NCBI GenBank assembly: GCA_963825135.1
Contig: CAWGRW010000009.1
Span: forward strand, 1,504,001-1,568,000
DNA from: an uncultured bacterium
GTDB lineage: Bacteria; Desulfobacterota_D; UBA1144; Nemesobacterales; UBA2774
Direction of reading: 5' to 3'
Length of the DNA: 64,000 nucleotides
Under the pieces are notes generated by a model. It did not search any database. It had not been told where the DNA came from and worked only from the letters and a program-made list of their open reading frames with translations. Each line of letters opens with the position of its first letter. Position 1 is the first letter of the stretch. This document shows positions 62,126 to 64,000 of the stretch, in pieces. The translations under genes and the position numbers were made by a program.

Positions 62126-62320
62126 ATGAAGAAGAAAGACGATTTTATTTACGACGTGAGGGTTGCCCAAAGGCACATCAAGGAAGGGATAATCGCGCAG
62201 AAGGATTATGATAAGTACTTAAACAATCTTGCCGACATGGAGGAGAACAGCGAGCCCCTTATTATCGAAGACGAAAATGAACAGAGCGGGGTAGAGCTCG
62301 ACGACGGTGATAAAGAATGA
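62126..62320 (+). CDS. Small acidic hypothetical protein (64 aa)
   Basis: GGAGG RBS 8 nt before the ATG. Pattern D.R...R.I..G.I...DY..YL..L.D followed by an acidic tail. Confidence 0.7.
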   Translation: MKKKDDFIYDVRVAQRHIKEGIIAQKDYDKYLNNLADMEENSEPLIIEDENEQSGVELDDGDKE

Positions 62321-62535
62321 ATTTAGTGAAATGGGATTATAAAGTTGTTTCCGTAGATAAACTCTTTCAGGTAAGCGAAGACCACGATATCGCCGTATCA
62401 AAAGACGCCGCTTCAGCCAGAAGGAATAAGGTGGGACAGGGGATGGAGGGCACGCTGAACCAGCTCGGCGAAGAGTCCTGGGAGCTGATCGCCATAGTCG
62501 GGGATTTCGGAATATTTAAAAAGCCCAAGAATTAA
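62317..62535 (+). CDS. DUF4177-like small protein
   Basis: Pattern KWDYKVV...LNQLGEE.WEL...FKKP. ATGA overlap with the upstream gene. Confidence 0.72.
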   Translation: MNLVKWDYKVVSVDKLFQVSEDHDIAVSKDAASARRNKVGQGMEGTLNQLGEESWELIAIVGDFGIFKKPKN

Positions 62536-62561
62536 TTCGTCAGGCGTACACGCCTGCCGGA

Positions 62562-64000
62562 TCACTCCCACTCTATAGTGCTCGGGGGTTTGGTGGATAT
62601 GTCATAAACTACCCGGTTTACGCCCCTTACCTCGTTGATGATACGGACAGAAATTTTCTCCAGCAGATCATACGGTATGCGCGCCCATTTAGCCGTCATG
62701 CCGTCCAGGCTCGTTACCGCTCTAAGCGCAATGACGTTCTCATACGTCCTTTCATCTCCCATCACCCCTACTGTCTTCACGGGCACGAACACGCAGAACG
62801 CCTGCCAGATGTCGTCGTAGACGCCGCCTTTCTTGATCTCTTCCATGAATATCCAATCGGCCTGTCTAAGGATTTCGAGCCTCTCCTCATCTATCTCGCC
62901 GATGATCCGGATTCCGAGGCCGGGACCCGGGAAAGGATGACGGTTGAGGATCTCTCCGGGCACCCCGAGCTCATAACCCACAGTCCTTACCTCGTCCTTG
63001 AAAAGCTCCCTCAGGGGTTCGATAAGTTTCAGGTTCATCTTTTCAGGCAGTCCGCCCACGTTGTGATGCGATTTGATAGTCGCCGACGGGCCCTTGACGC
63101 TCACGCTCTCGATGACGTCCGGGTAGAGCGTCCCCTGCGCGAGGAACCTGGCGTCCTTGATTTTGGATGCCTCCTCTTCGAACACGTTGACGAACTCTTC
63201 GCCTATGATCTTCCTCTTCCTCTCGGGGTCGGTAACGCCCCTGAGCCTCTCCAGGAACCTCTTTCTCGCGTCCACGTGGACGAGGTTGAGACCCATGTGC
63301 CTGAACGACTCGACCACTTCCTCAGCCTCGTTCTGCCTGAGGAGTCCGGTATCGACGAATATGCAGCGGAGCTTGTCCCAGATGGCGCGCTGTATTATCA
63401 CGGCGGCCACTGCGGAGTCAACGCCCCCCGAGAGTCCGCATATCACGGTCGCGTCCCCGGCCTTCTCCCTGATATCGTTGATCGCGGTTTCAACGAAGGA
63501 CCTGGGCGTCCAGGTCCCGCTGCATCCCGCTATCTTAAAAAGGAAGTTCGATAATATTTCCCTGCCGAATTTCGTATGCACTACTTCGGGGTGGAACTGG
63601 GTTCCGTATATCTTCATCTCCCGGTTTTTCATAGCGGCTCTCGGGGAGTTCTCGCTCTCGGCGATGGAGACGAATCCCGGGGGCAGCTCGAGCACGCGGT
63701 CCCCGTGAGACATCCAGATATCGCTCGAGTCCGGGATGCCGCTCAGGAGGTCCAGTCCGTCTGTTATCTTTAGTGTCGCGGGTCCGAACTCGCGCATCTT
63801 CGACCGCTCTACGATCCCCCCGAGAAGAAGGGCCGTCAGCTGCATGCCGTAACAGATGCCGAGTATCGGGATACCCAGTCCGAATATCTCCCTGTCCACG
63901 GACGGAGCGTTATCGTCCCACACGCTTGCGGGACCTCCCGAAAAAATTACCGCTTTCGGTCCCATGTTCTTAATTTCTTCGAGCGGAACGCTGAAGGGTT
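62562..64000 (-). CDS. guaA: GMP synthase (glutamine-hydrolysing), 5'-truncated by window edge
   Basis: Motifs [37 protein letters not shown] and KPPSTIEWE. Confidence 0.98.
   Translation of the reverse strand, partial: PFSVPLEEIKNMGPKAVIFSGGPASVWDDNAPSVDREIFGLGIPILGICYGMQLTALLLGGIVERSKMREFGPATLKITDGLDLLSGIPDSSDIWMSHGDRVLELPPGFVSIAESENSPRAAMKNREMKIYGTQFHPEVVHTKFGREILSNFLFKIAGCSGTWTPRSFVETAINDIREKAGDATVICGLSGGVDSAVAAVIIQRAIWDKLRCIFVDTGLLRQNEAEEVVESFRHMGLNLVHVDARKRFLERLRGVTDPERKRKIIGEEFVNVFEEEASKIKDARFLAQGTLYPDVIESVSVKGPSATIKSHHNVGGLPEKMNLKLIEPLRELFKDEVRTVGYELGVPGEILNRHPFPGPGLGIRIIGEIDEERLEILRQADWIFMEEIKKGGVYDDIWQAFCVFVPVKTVGVMGDERTYENVIALRAVTSLDGMTAKWARIPYDLLEKISVRIINEVRGVNRVVYDISTKPPSTIEWE

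Overview
This 64 kb window is a gene-dense, moderately GC-rich stretch of a diderm bacterial chromosome. TamB, RlpA, the futalosine menaquinone genes, short NuoG and a sigma54 promoter give it a Desulfobacterota/deltaproteobacterial-like flavour, which is inference only. It holds about 57 CDSs, mostly housekeeping: sucD, yicC, dapB-tgt-yajC-secD-secF, cstA, hppA, pheS, dcd, gyrB, nuoG-nuoH, tamB, mqnA-mqnD, dgt, hisA-hisF, meaB, pcm, rng, mce, coaX and a partial guaA. I found no rRNA, tRNA, CRISPR array, transposase or prophage. The most notable observations are: (1) a DapF-family enzyme with both catalytic Cys replaced by Ser, co-oriented with two rlpA genes and a gamma-glutamylcyclotransferase/Zn-hydrolase fusion; (2) a group-2 sigma70 gene behind a canonical sigma54 -24/-12 promoter with an upstream palindrome, interrupted by a 1-nt frameshift; (3) a CxCC thioredoxin-like gene coupled to cstA that appears to start at ACG or ATT; (4) a candidate structured leader RNA before hppA; (5) three different GTCAY-headed REP-like palindromes in tandem; (6) F420 genes, with cofC flanked by lactate- and lactaldehyde-type dehydrogenases; and (7) fragmented operons and several apparently leaderless genes. 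All family calls come from manual motif recognition; no searches were run.
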